Assembly: GCF_964355755.1 (NCBI RefSeq)
Contig: NC_092680.1
Location: 17,369,045-17,433,044, forward strand
DNA: 64,000 bases
From: Antedon mediterranea
Lineage: Eukaryota; Animalia; Echinodermata
Direction of reading: 5' to 3'
How positions within the stretch are numbered: the first letter of the stretch is position 1; the number at the start of each line of letters is the position of its first letter. Of this stretch, positions 48,401-61,661 are shown one piece after another. The notes beneath the pieces are model-generated. The model was not told the origin of the DNA. It made no database searches and saw only the letters and a list, made by a program, of their open reading frames with translations. The position numbers were made by a program, and so were the translations under genes.

Positions 48401-51400
48401 CTGTTGAATCCAAAAACGGCTGAGAAAAGAGTCTAACGACAAATCCCAAAGCATTCTGGTATTTATGAGTCCCATGATATAATTCGCTGTCAGATAATCA
48501 TTGAATTATTATCAAAACAGTCCATTGAAGTTTTTGTTTGTAATAGGATACTTGAAGTATCTAGGCGTGATGAAGTGACCCCCAGACTTGACCTTAGCAA
48601 TAACAATAAGCGAGCAGCGTTTTTTGTAAGAAATATTCTTGTTTAATATGCCCATTTTACTGTCACAATACTTATTCACTTTTACCAAAAATTGGATAAA
48701 AAAAAAACCTGAAAAACTGTAATTAAGTTAAGTTGGCTGGCAGCCAATGGGTTTTTGGTTAAAATTAATGGTTTATTTTGTCATTTTATAAATGAAAATT
48801 TTATTAATTAATTGACTCCCAAAATAAGAAAAACTTTTTATGCTGCCGGCCATAATTTGTACATGGACAGCTAACAAGGACTATACTGTATTTCTCATCG
48901 CTCATTATAGAATGAGCTTAATTTTGTTAACCAAGACAAACGATGATACGATATTATTTATTGTCATTTTAATAACAACGAGGTACAACTGAAATTTCGT
49001 TGGTTTTTTTATTTACATACATTTAAAATGATGATAGAAAATGAATAAATTGATAAGTCTAGACCAAGTTCTCTACACCTCACTGCTTTTGTCTTTGATA
49101 AAGGTATGTTTGTATGCCTACTGTATAAAAGGTATGCCACTGTCAGCACATCAATAATTTGCTCACTGTAAAGTTATAAATAACAATTGGTTTTAAATTA
49201 AGTGCAACACCTAATCATTATTGATATTCAATATTTCTGTTTTGCAAATTCTCTCTCACTATACAGACTACAGCTTTATGGGGTATTGTTTAATAAAAGA
49301 TCAAAGATATTTAAAAAGAATAGAATTAAATGACCAAGGCTCTTGTGTATGTGTCAGTGGCATCAATAGAGAACAAAGGAGAATTTCTTTGTTTCTTTTA
49401 TAGCTTTTTTCTTAAAGTTTAAAATATACTCTGTTATTGTAAATTGAATGAAATAAATGAAACTAGGATATGACTAAGTAAGATATTTAAATGGGTATTT
49501 TATATTGTTTTAATTTAAGTACAGTAAAACAGTGATCATCTCTATCATGGATATTATTATTAATCAATCTTTTTAGCTTCTATAAATTAGGGCTTGGTTT
49601 CCACCAGGAGGCAACACAGTTAAGGTAATTGAACCATTCATTACAAGTGCACAATTTGGATGGTTCATCGCACCTTGTGGAAACACCAAACTTCAGATAA
49701 AAATGTTATTGGTATGGTTAAGCTTTTTTCTTACTAATCTGTTGGACACAATGTTAAAGAGGTTTGACCAATAAAAAAAAATCAGTAATTGTTCAGTCAA
49801 TCATACAATGAATTAGATAGGAATAAAATAATATTAATCTTTTTCTTATAAAAAGACAAATTACAGGTACAATATTTTTATGTAGAAAATTTTGTTTCTT
49901 GCTTGTTATCCAAAATGTATGATATTTTCAGAGTAATAATTGAAAAGATAGGTATACATTAATTGATGACCATCCCATAAATTATACAAATACACACCAC
50001 CAAGAAGAAACAAGTTCATTTTCAGTTGGTTTTTGTATAAAATCGTATCTTTTCATAATTTCCAATAAATTTTTAATTTCCGCAGTGCCATGCATTGTAT
50101 ACAGTATTCATGTATTCATTATTCCTTTATAATTATAGATACGATTAGAAAGAACATATTATTTGAAACCTAGCACCGTTGGATTTACTTTAGGCTATTA
50201 TTTTTCCTTCAGTCAAATCCATTTGCTCGAGAAAGTAGTTTAAGAGTTATTGCATTCGTTTATTGATTGCAAATATATCTTGTATTGAATTTCTGAAACT
50301 AATGATGTAGGAATTAATGAGTAAAATCAGCGGGAAAGTAAATCTTTAAGAATCACATTCATTTATAAATATGCAGAATAAAAGAATACGAGTAAAAGAA
50401 AATTCTGTTGAGATACTGTAGTTAGAATTGATTGATTAAAAATAACATGTTAGGAAGTACTATTCATAGATACTGTACTGTAGGAGAATTGTTAGTAAAC
50501 TTTTCCTATAAAGGACTTTCTGAAAACAGAAAACTCTCCCAAAACCAGACTTTTCTTGAGGTCCAAAGGTTCCAAATTAGTTTTACCATTGAAACACTTT
50601 CTGAATATTAACAGACTTTCCAGTAAACTGGAAATATTACTAGCCCAAGAGTGTCCGTTGTTGGGCAAGTTAGGTGTACAGGTATTTTAGTTTTACAGCA
50701 GTGAATACGGCCACTGGTCACCTGGCCATATTTCCATCCAACTCAGTATCACCAGCTGCTTTATTGTTGATCATACAATTTTTTATTAACGTTCTTTTTA
50801 ATATCAAATATCTGTGTGCATATAATCCTTAAAATTACACAATGTAATTAGTTCCTTTTTGATACCATTTAGACGTGTTCACACCATGCTATATAAGTTC
50901 TAACAATAAGTCATTATAGATTTTATAAAGCATGCATAATTGAAACATTTTTCACAATGAAAAAAAAAATAACAAAAATAGCTTCATTGTTCATTTTTCT
51001 GAAGTTTATTTTCTATTTTGACATTCCGTTTAAGCAGACTATTACAATAAGAACAAAGGAGAGGTCACACTTACTTAGTAACTAATTCAGGCAATGTTTA
51101 TAAAAATTACTTTGCTTGGATAAAGTTGTTCTTAGATTGTTATCGCTCGAATATTAGTTAACTGAGCCATCTGTGCATAACTATAAAGCATGAGGAGAAA
51201 GAATAGAGTTTTACAATTGTAAATCTAGACACAAAGCTAAGTCTTTGTTCTAATCTGTCTGAGTTTATACAGGTAAATTTAGCTAGAGGGTTGAACTTGT
51301 CAAACAATAACATACCATGCTGTTTATGGAAGTAAACTCTAATCAAATACAATTTCAAAGTTGCCATGACTGCTTTTGTCGTGACTGTTCAAGATAATTC

Positions 51401-54400
51401 CATTGCATGCATTGTTTTTGTTTTTTTTACAATTTAGTGCAAACCTTATATTTATTTTTGATATTTTCTTTGTATTTTGTTTATTAGTATTTAATTTGTT
51501 GTTTTAAAAACAAATTAAATTAAACAAATATGAATGCTAATAATAATAAGTTATCTTTGCCAGATGATTGTAACTGTACTGTAAGTCTGTATGTAAACGG
51601 TCTCCCATATTACAGTAAACTTTAAATAAATTTATTTAAATTTGACTCTTCCTGAATAACACATTGCCTAAAACGAACTGGTTTGAACCATCAAGAATGA
51701 AATCAATTTTTGGTTTTAGAGCTGTATTTAAAACAAAACAAAACAAATTTTTATGACCGTTTTTATTTGTGAGGACTCACAAGCAAGAAAATTGGTTATT
51801 TAAAAGTTTGGAAAAATTGAATGATCATTACACTGTGATGATAATCAAAAAGTTTTGAATATTTTCATTAAAAAAAATGTTCAAATATTAAAATAGATTG
51901 CAATGGTTGGAATACAACATTATAAGTCAGGTCATAATCGTTGTATACTAATTACAACTTACAAAGTAAAATGCCCGAAGGGACACATTTCTAATTTCTA
52001 ATATCGTACATGAAGAGTTAAGGAATTCAGTAATTCCCCTGACTATCTTTTTACAGTGATAATCATAGCTTTTACTCTATCATTAATATTACACAGCCAC
52101 TATGGTGACTCACACATTAGATAAAGGAATCGGAATAGTTTGTTTGATTGTGGAGGAAAATCATTATTCCATGCTTTTATTTCACTCTAAAGGGACATCT
52201 AATTTACAATAAGTTACTATTGTATTTAAAGGAAAAATTTTTAAGGGGCAAATTGTGCCAAATTTCAGAATTTGGATTGACAATTTTTAGTATGTAGGAC
52301 ACCCCTTCGTTTGCCACCTGAAAAAAAAAGTTTATGTGCGTTTTTTGCGTATATTTCGTGGCTAGATTACCTGGATAAACCATTTTTCATGAAAATTCTA
52401 TTCCAAAGATGTGCGTGTCTTTCCATTATTTGTGTCAGTATGATATGAATACATATCATGTATTGAAACACTGTTTTTCTATACTAAGTATTTGCTCCTT
52501 TTCCTTTTTTTTTACATTTTTAACGATAATAATTTATTTATTTATTTTTTTTTTTTTACTACCATATTTAATGAGGGTGATCCATCCAGCAATTGTTGAT
52601 CATTAGGGACCCTCAGAGCTTCACAAGACAAACATATATACACAAGAAGATGCTCTACATAAACAAAGTCTTATTACAAGTCTTTGGGAGTGGAGTTGTA
52701 ATTTTGTCCTTAGAAAAAATCCTGACATGTGACGGGATTTGAACCCAGGACGCTTGGAGTGGTAGCCAAGCATCATAACCACCAAGCCACAAAATTGAAA
52801 AAAAAATGAAATTGAAACTGATTTCTACTGAAAAAAAATTCGCCAAGTATTTTACCGAGTAGACATTTTCCAAGTATGATTTTCCAAAATCAAATTGAAA
52901 GTTAATTATGATTATTAAAACTTGCAATCCTAATACAGTATGATGAACATTCATTGCACGTAACAGAATGTAAGGTTAATGGATAAGAATAATGTTGCAA
53001 GAATTACTGATAAATGGAAATGATAAGTAGGTGTGGACATGAATAATTGTTTGTTTTCAACGTTTGCAAGAATAATGGAGGTATATTTTTTGTTCCAGTT
53101 TAGCAACATGTACTGTAGATGCGGGACTATGCGGGACTAGACTCGTTTAGCAACATGTACTGTAGATGCGGGACTAGACTCGTTTAGCAACATGTACTGT
53201 AGATGCGGGACTATGCGGGACTAGACTCGTTTAGCAACATGTAGGCCTACTGTAGATGCGGGACTAGACTCTTGTCGTTAATTAACTACCAGCAGACCAT
53301 CATCCAAAAGATGAGGCAATGAGAGTAAATCTTACCCAATTATTGTAGCACACTGGCCGGTCTTATATTCCAGTACCTAACTCTCTGTTTAAGGCTCTGT
53401 TTACACGATGAGGTGTACAATGTGACAAAATTTATGTCTGCACACATTTTTGTTTTAGTTTGCTGTTTATAATTTGAAGTAGCTATACCTACAATTTACA
53501 TCAGTGTGAACATAACCTTTTATGGGTTTTAAACTACATTTTGCTAAAATACTCAAAATCTATTTATCTCATGCGAACTTTGACCTTTAGGCAGTTAATA
53601 TTCAGATATGGAATTGAATCAAGTTCTTCCTTTACGGTATTAGCATTATTTTTCTGTTGCCATTAGTGTAGATTATGTTAAATACATGAGTAAGCTAACC
53701 AACTCCTTGATGTCACAGCATTACAAATAGAGTTTATTACAATCTCTTTGACACTTGCAACCGTTAAGTTCACATTAAATCGTGCTTGTTGTATCCTTGG
53801 GTATAATCCCACACCGCAGTAAGATTACCTTTCATCTACACGGACTTGCGAATGCTCTTCATGGAATTTGCTTCAGTGATTCTTGGATAGATCTTGCAGG
53901 ATGATTTATCTGTTAGCATTTCATCATTCCTTATTAATTCCCTCGACTTGTAAAGGTGTGAATTATAATCACAGAGATTGTAATTAGTTTTATTGAATGT
54001 ACAGTACACCGTACATGTAGTGTTTATACATACATAGGAATTCCACAAAATAATTCAGGTTTACTTTGTAGGCTTATTTCAAAGAGAATAAATGAATAAA
54101 AGTATAGACGTACAGTATAATAATCCCTATATATGGGAAACCTTCAGGATCCAACAAAGTGTCCCTTAAATAGGTTTTTCTCTAAAAAGGAGTAAAGTAT
54201 AGGGCGGTATCTTCTGAATAGAGGTGTCTTTATTGTCCTCGTTCCATCCACTTCTTCTGGTGTGTTAAACTATTGGAGGGGACCTACTGTATCTTACTTT
54301 AGGATAAAAACTGTAGCATTTTTGTTTAACATAAATTTAAAAATTGCATTAAATAAATTTATAACATTTATAAAAACACAAATGGCAATTATATTTTTAA

Positions 54401-57400
54401 AAAAGGCTACAGTAATTTACAAGAGTTGGATTAATACTGTAATTAGAAATTACACATTAAATATTAATAATAATTGTGTTCAATTGTATTCAACATATTT
54501 TTTAATGTTGAATGCTAAAATTCTACATATTGTATACTAAACAGTATAAGTGTAACCAAAGAATATAAATAGGTAAAGAATCAACAGTACGCGCTGTTAT
54601 ACATAGAAGGATAGGAAACGCGGACGCTTATTCATGGACGCGTAAGAATCCAGCAGCCGAACGACGGCGGGCTCTAGATATGGTTCCCGTCTAATCCCAC
54701 GTTTCGATGGATCGTGATGATCTGATGTGTTCTCGCGTCTGTGCTCTACTAATTTTGATATTATTAATATTTTGATAATCATTTTGATAAATAATCATCG
54801 TTTTCATTTTTATAGATATTTACAATAAAAGTTTTACCTTACCCACGCCTGAAGGTGGCGCACTTCTTCTAGCGAAAAAGAAATGCGCCACCTTCAGGCG
54901 TAGGCAAATAATAACCCGGATGTGGTTTACACCGCCAACGGAACTGTTGTATCTTCTCCTTTTATTATCTTTGGTGTAACTTCTAATTATAGATAATAAT
55001 TAATCCAAACATTCAAATGTTCACAGTACTGTTATATTAAAGAAATTGTATGTTAATAAGGTACGTTTCCACATTCTGTTTTACAATGGGCATAGAATTT
55101 ACACAGATCTATATTCTGTGAGTTGATAATGTTCTTTCACTGTTGGTATTGATGTATTTGAACAGGTGAAAGAATGCTGTTTGTTGTATTTATGTACATG
55201 TAATAAAAATATGGGGTCATTTAAGGTCAATACTAAACGATCAGCAAAATAGCAGTATACAATTCAACCTGTATTATTGACTAACATTTTAAATATGTAT
55301 GGTAGTCTTGCATTATCAATACAAACTTGAGTAAAGAACACTATTTTGAGTACAATTACTGTATCCCAAAGGAAAAGTTTGGCGATTTGGGGATAAATGT
55401 TTACTCAGAAAAGGCAACCACTAATTTAGATTATGGTGCATTGGGGGTGCTGCGTAGGTAGAAAGTATTACATTACAATCTTGTTTGTGTTATTTAAAGT
55501 ATTTAATTTTGAGATCTACCCCACCTAGTAGTATGATGCAGGTTACAAATTCATACACACCTACAATTACATGCTCTGGTCTACAGAAACACTATTTATT
55601 ACTTGTTCTGCATTTAAGTAAAAAATTACACGGCATATCTCTGTTGTACAGTATCATTTGTCTGAAACTTATAAAACAGTACAGTTTCGTTCCTCCCACT
55701 GATGCCAGTCGCATCCAAGAGGCAGTCTTCTCTAGCATCGAAATATATGCTGGTTCCGACTGTTTAAGGGCTTCCTTGACTGGGTTAGCTTCTTAGCTTG
55801 ACTAGGATCGCACTGAAGGAGATTGCTTAATTTAATACAGGGGTCACGATAGTATGGTTTGGGGCTTTTGCAAAGAGCATTCGTTTTGTTAATGAGTTAA
55901 TTTGGTTTTCGGCAGGTAGTGAACATGTACAGTGTATAGTCTTTTAGTTGAGTTGCACCGACGATATTTTCAACATCTCTATTCGAGAAATTCCATCTTC
56001 TGTAGATTGCTCTTGGTGCAGTTAAAGTTAATTGCTCATACTAATTATTATTATACTGTACTGTACCTGTGGCATGAATGAGCACATGTTCCAAATTTGA
56101 AGGTATCTCAGTGCAAAAGTGTGAGTATATCTGCCTAAATTGTTTAGGAGACATACAAAAGGTTGATATTTTTATAGAATTGGTTTAAAAATAATGACAT
56201 AAATACTTCTCCTTTTAACTATAAAATTATTGGTTTTATTTTTCAGAGGGAAACCAGAGGATCTGTTTTGCTAGACCTTGTTTACAGACATCTTAATCTA
56301 CTGGAAGTCGATTATTTTGGACTTCGTTATCTAGACTCTAATAACCAGACTGTAAGTGATCATAGAAATTGAACTAGTATAAATTGAATGAGACATTTTT
56401 ATTGTTACGGTTGGAAGTTTATGCAGAGTTTTTGGGGGTTTGTGCAAGATTTGCACAGTTACTGTAGATACACTCCGAGATGAGCTCTCTATGACGAAAT
56501 ATGAATATCCATGTGACGTTGTTAAACGTATATATTGCAATTATTAGTTACAAGAAATAAAATGACAGACGACTATATGAGATCAATGAGAGAGAGTGTA
56601 ACTTTATTCCAAAGCATGCTGGGAACTCCTGACTGTGACGTCATACACACATATATTGGATATACTGTAGATAGATATGTGACAATCCATTAAAAAAAAT
56701 AGCCATTGATGTCACAACATGCAAATTGAACACGAGTTCATAAACTCTACAACACATAGCTTCAATAAAGTAAAAGAAAGGGTCGCACTTCATTCTCGGA
56801 AGCTAGATCCAAAATGCATAATTTACACAAATTATATTCATATTTGCAGATCTGCAATATTTAATTCAAATTTTAATGCATAATTTCTCCTGATATTGTG
56901 GGAAAGGAATTCATCCTACAGTTGTGTTGTTAAATTATGCCTAAAAGAAACTTAATTAAATTATTATCCAATACACTAAAACGCAATAAGGTTAATGATT
57001 TTGATGAAAACCACTTGATGTATCCTCCATCTGGAAGTAATGTAACACTACTGTATATAATTTAGCATTATCGATTATTTAATATTGTAGCTAATTGTTG
57101 CATGAATTGAGTTCTACCTCACTCATGTGATCACTGTTTACAGACGTACAGTATGCTGCGAGAATTTTTATTCCTATGAGAACACTTAAGCCTAGAGCAG
57201 TAGTGTGGTAGTTGAGAATGTAATAACAACATATAAGATTTAAATTTGTTAGTATTGATTGTAAATGGCATATCTAGGTCAAGGGAATATATTGATGAAA
57301 TGAAGACTGCGTGATGATGAGTGTCATTTACCTGTGCGATGAGTCAGCGTGCTTTCTACACGTACAATCGTGTGTACAAATAGATTCTTGTGTAATCATT

Positions 57401-60400
57401 ATTTTGTTCACTAAAAGTCATTAACGATGGAAACGATAAAGTGGAATTCTAAGAGGATGCTACTCGCTGTCAATTACCATGGTAACAATGATGAATGAAA
57501 TATTATATGGCTTGCAATGCCTAATCAGGGATGATTCTATAACTATATTTCAATAAATTTTTATACATTTACTCACTGATTTTACATTTGCTCATTTATC
57601 GAATATTTAAAATTCAGTTGAGTGCAGCTGTATAGAAAAAATCAAAAAACAAGGTACTGTATGTACCAACTGGCTATCAAACTGACCACAGTTATACTGT
57701 AGGTGCTACAGATATGGTATCACAGGCTATGGAGGACTCATTGGCTAAACATTTAAATGTGTAGGGGAAAAGCTAAAAACACACAAGGCCTCCATCGTTG
57801 GACGGTCACTAAAGGCCTCTGCGTTACACCGCTAGTTATCGATACTATTTTTATGTGCAAATATATATAGGCCGGTGCATAAAAGTACTAATAAGAAACG
57901 ACACTAGATAAGATAGCACAGTGTGTCTAACAACTGTTCGAGATATCGAATTTGCATATAGGTTAGTGCAACTAGTGTAGAAATTGAATTGTGCGTAGAG
58001 ACTATGTGTGGAAACTGATTTTGTACGCTCACATATCAAATATTTGAGAGTGCTATGTAGAGAAATGTTTTCCCTATATCAAGAGTCCTATCCACTCAGG
58101 AATGATCTCTCCAAATTGCATACAAAAACTGCAAGTTTGATTTGTTCTCCAATTGATCTTTAGAATGAGGTCAGAAAGAAAGGTTACGTCTATCTTTAGG
58201 ACATACCTGTACACTGTACAATTGATATTCATTGGAACACTGAGTGTGTCACACATTTCTCTGCCATATCTACATAAAAGAAAAGAAGAATTATTAAAGA
58301 GATGATCTATAACAAATTCTCAACAAAATACATTCTTCCATATTACTTTAATAATATATCAAATTAATTGAACTCACTTAATATATGTTTTGTGATGTGC
58401 TGTTCACATTGTTCCAAGGTAGAGAAAATATTAAAAAATGTGTACAATTTTTATTTTCTGCAGCATTGGCTTGAACCTGGCAAGGCAATTACGAGACAAA
58501 TTACAAGTAAGGCATTTTGATACATCATGTTTAATACTTACTGTAGACCTATAGATACTGTTTACCAATATAGGCAATACAATGTTGAATGACTGGTTCT
58601 CTTCAAATCACCAAAGTTAAGCAACATTGGGCCTGGTTAGAGCTTGGATGGGAGACCATCTGGGAATATCGGGTGCTGTATATGGAACTGTGGTCCCATT
58701 AGGCATTTGATATCAGCACTGGTGACTCTTATGACTCTTATCTGCCTCAGATGTATTAGCCTTTCCTCTGGTCAAGGTTGGCACTGGACAAGAGAAGCCC
58801 TTTAAACATTCCTGGCTTTACAGTAGTTTCGTCCATCATTCAGATGAATGTAAAACTAATTGACATTGTCATTCACAACAGACATTAGTCAAAAAACATG
58901 TACTACTGTACAGTATGCGCTGCAACTCTAAAAACTCAAAAAAGTTTCTCGCGGTCTGAAATTGCAAAATTTGTTGTACCATGTCAAATATAAAAACAAG
59001 AATTTCCAATAAACCATACTTTTCAATCCAAAGGTCTTGGGTTCAAGTCCTGTCAGTGTCAGGATTTTTTCTAATGACAATTTATAACTCCACTCCCAAA
59101 GACTTGAAAGATTCTCAAAGAAAAAATGTCACTTTTGTCACTGTTGCTATAATCAATATTTTACTTATAATTTCAGATGGCCCTCCATACACATTATATT
59201 TTGGTGTTAAATTCTACATTGAAGATCCATGTCAACTGAAGGAAGAACTTACCTGTTATCAGTTCTTTCTTCAGTTGAAGCAGGACATGTTACGAGGCAG
59301 ATTGCCATGTAACTTTAGCGTTGCTGCTGAGCTATGTGGGTACATATTACAATGTAAGTATTATGAAATGAAAGCTCTGTCTAAACTATTTTGATAAAGA
59401 AGTATGTATGCTCAAATATGGTAGTGATATGCTTAAATATAGTAGTGATATGACATCATCATGTACTTGTGGGTACATCACACTTTTTTTGTCAAACTAG
59501 TTTGATAGTGTAGACAGAGCTTACTGACAACAGACTCCATTTCTCCAGATTCCTCTAATACTGCTCTCCACATTTTGTGTTTTCTACTATGCAAACGAGT
59601 ATACTGTACACTACAGTACATGATAAATAATTTTGTATGTTTTTAAAACTATTTTTTGAAAAGAAAGACTTGAAATTAGGTTAATATTCTAAAAACTAGC
59701 AATTTACCTGTCCAATAGATTGTCACCATTTAATTAGTGAATTCGTAATGACCTCTATGTGACCTGATTGTGATTTGTCACAGAAAAATTTGTCTGAAAA
59801 ATTTTCGCCAAAAAATGGCATTGTCAAAAGACACTTCTGCTCAAACTGCGTGTTAGTGCTATTCATAGATGTACAGTACTGTAACATTTTATTAACAAGT
59901 GTTATTTTTTCGTGAAGAAGGAAATTAGGAAAGCCATTAAGACTGATTCCTCTCTCTTGTCTCATCTACTGTACATCAATTCAATTAAACGAATGTCTAA
60001 TATATTTGAATCATCAATAATTTATTTCAGTTGTTAATTTTCATTAATAAATGCCCATTCTCAATACATCCTGGTTTTCTAAATTAAATTGGACTGACTT
60101 TGCCTCGTAAAATCTATCAAAAAGGTATATATTAGATGCAGTATAGCATTTGATTTGTGACCGTTGCATTAACCAATTATATTTAGTCGCTGGCCATACG
60201 TGAATGTTATCGTTGATGGAAACTTGATTGAATTTTATCTCATGAGTCATTAAGAAATGTGATTTACCTTTAACTTTGAATCATCTAAGAGAATTTTAAA
60301 TATCACAGTTGAAACACAGGTGCTATCAGATTGTTTTTTTAACAAATAATAATTGAAAAATTTAATTGAGAAACATCTTTGATGGAAATGAATTTGGCTA

Positions 60401-61496
60401 GTTTGTGAGAATGATGAGTTTAAAACTTAAAAAAAAAAACGTTTTTTACTCTTTATAGTGAGTTTAAATATTGTCTTTTTCTTTGTCCTTCAAAGGGATG
60501 TTAAGTCAATGGTCATGTGGGTATATGCACAGGTGAATTCGCAGTGTGACCGGAATCACTTCTACTGGATTGCATTGATCCAGTGATTTGATTTGATTTG
60601 AATTTATTTGGAAAATCATCATAAATAATACATACAAAGTGATAACATAAATTACGGACATTACAAATAATACATTTATAAAAGACTTTCCAGGATAGCC
60701 CAAAAAGCTTATCAGCTTATTTCCATTGGGATCCTTTTACAATCTAAAATAAAAAATATAAACATTACAAAGTATAGCATTAAACATGTAAATATTACAA
60801 AAACAATAATATAAAAAACAAGTTAAGACTATGATTGACTTATAAAGTTATTTGGTAGAAGAGAAATGTGATTTAACATTTTTCTTAAAATTAAATTTGT
60901 TTTCTATTTGTTGAATGGAATGAGGTAGGTTATTCCATGCCTTTATGCCTGTATAATAAAACGTTTTAGTGGTGCATCATTTTAGTTGATCTGATATTCA
61001 CCTACTTTCAATACCATATGTAATACAGTACATTGAATCATGGTATCGCATCGCGCCTTTAGGCAGTTATAGTCCAGAGGATGGAATCATTACCAAACAG
61101 TATCATATATTAGGAACTTCAGTCACATAAGATTTTCCATTGAATGGCCCAAGCACATACACAAACTAATGACATAGAGCATTTCAGGCTATTTTACCTT
61201 GTACACAAAATGTTTACTGATTGATAATAAATCACTGTTTCTTAATTTATTCAATAGAATATCAATAAAAGAAGAACAGTAATTAAACTGTCAATGAATT
61301 GAACGGCTTTTTTTTGTAAGAAATATTTCTTGTTTTCATTTAAATTATCAGTATGTCTATTTTTCTGTTATTCAGCTGAACTTGGTGACTATGATCATCA
61401 AAAGCATCACAATGGTTACGTGTCAGAATTTCGCTTTATTCCGAACCAAACAGATGAACTGGAGCAACAGATTAAGGATTTCCACATATCTTTGCG
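45472..61496 (+). CDS. EPB41L4A: Band 4.1-like FERM protein 4A (NBL4), first five coding exons; gene continues off the right edge
   Basis: Exons 45472-45555 ([28 protein letters not shown]), 56247-56351 (..[24 protein letters not shown]..), 58464-58506, 59177-59353 ([37 protein letters not shown]) and 61376-61496 ([16 protein letters not shown]). Phases are consistent, and [13 protein letters not shown] are EPB41L4A-like. Confidence 0.9.
46797..47064. repeat. Tandem duplication of ~134 bp (x2)
   Basis: TACAAGTTC.AGTC.TCAAAGTAACTATAAAATC...CACCAAGATAAATTAC occurs twice. Confidence 0.9.
53098..53271. repeat. Minisatellite with 37/47-bp unit variants x4
   Basis: GTTTAGCAACATGTACTGTAGATGCGGGACT(ATGCGGGACT)AGACTC. 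Confidence 0.92.
54557..54973. mobile_element. P-element-like non-autonomous transposon with internal hairpin
   Basis: CAAAGA..TCTTTG termini, 7-bp TSD GTGTAAC (54550-54556 and 54974-54980), and an 18-bp internal inverted repeat at 54845-54901. Confidence 0.75.
56512..56684 (-). mobile_element. Solo LTR (173 bp)
   Basis: TGT..ACA termini, 5-bp TSD ATCCA (56507-56511 and 56685-56689), minus-strand AATAAA. Confidence 0.75.
58570..58880 (+). mobile_element. 5S rRNA-derived SINE (SINE3)
   Basis: AAGTTAAGCAAC.TTGGGCCTGGTTAG.GCTTGGATGGGAGACCATCTGGGAATATCGGGTGCTGTA is 5S-like; the body is shared with 43510-43870. Confidence 0.78.
60585..60972 (-). mobile_element. 5'-truncated CR1/L2-group LINE 3' end
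   Basis: [35 protein letters not shown] (ORF2 C-terminus), followed by a 3' UTR, AATAAA and an (AAATC)n tail. Confidence 0.75.
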
Positions 61497-61609
61497 GTAA
61501 GGCAATTTAAATTAAATGTAGTGAGTAAAAATTTATCACCTATCAAAACTAATGATTTCAAAAGCATTAAGACTCAAGTTCCATAACTTGATCCCAAATT
61601 AGTCCTATC

Positions 61610-61661
61610 ATCCACTCTATTATTCATTCCACTCTATTATTCATTCCACTCTCTATTATTC
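61610..61661. repeat. 17-bp tandem repeat TCCACTCTATTATTCAT x3
   Basis: Directly visible. Confidence 0.9.

Noticed and set aside
58590-58682. Possible functional 5S rRNA gene
   Set aside because: Diverged 5' half, no T-run terminator, and it continues into a body shared with another copy, so it is a SINE3.
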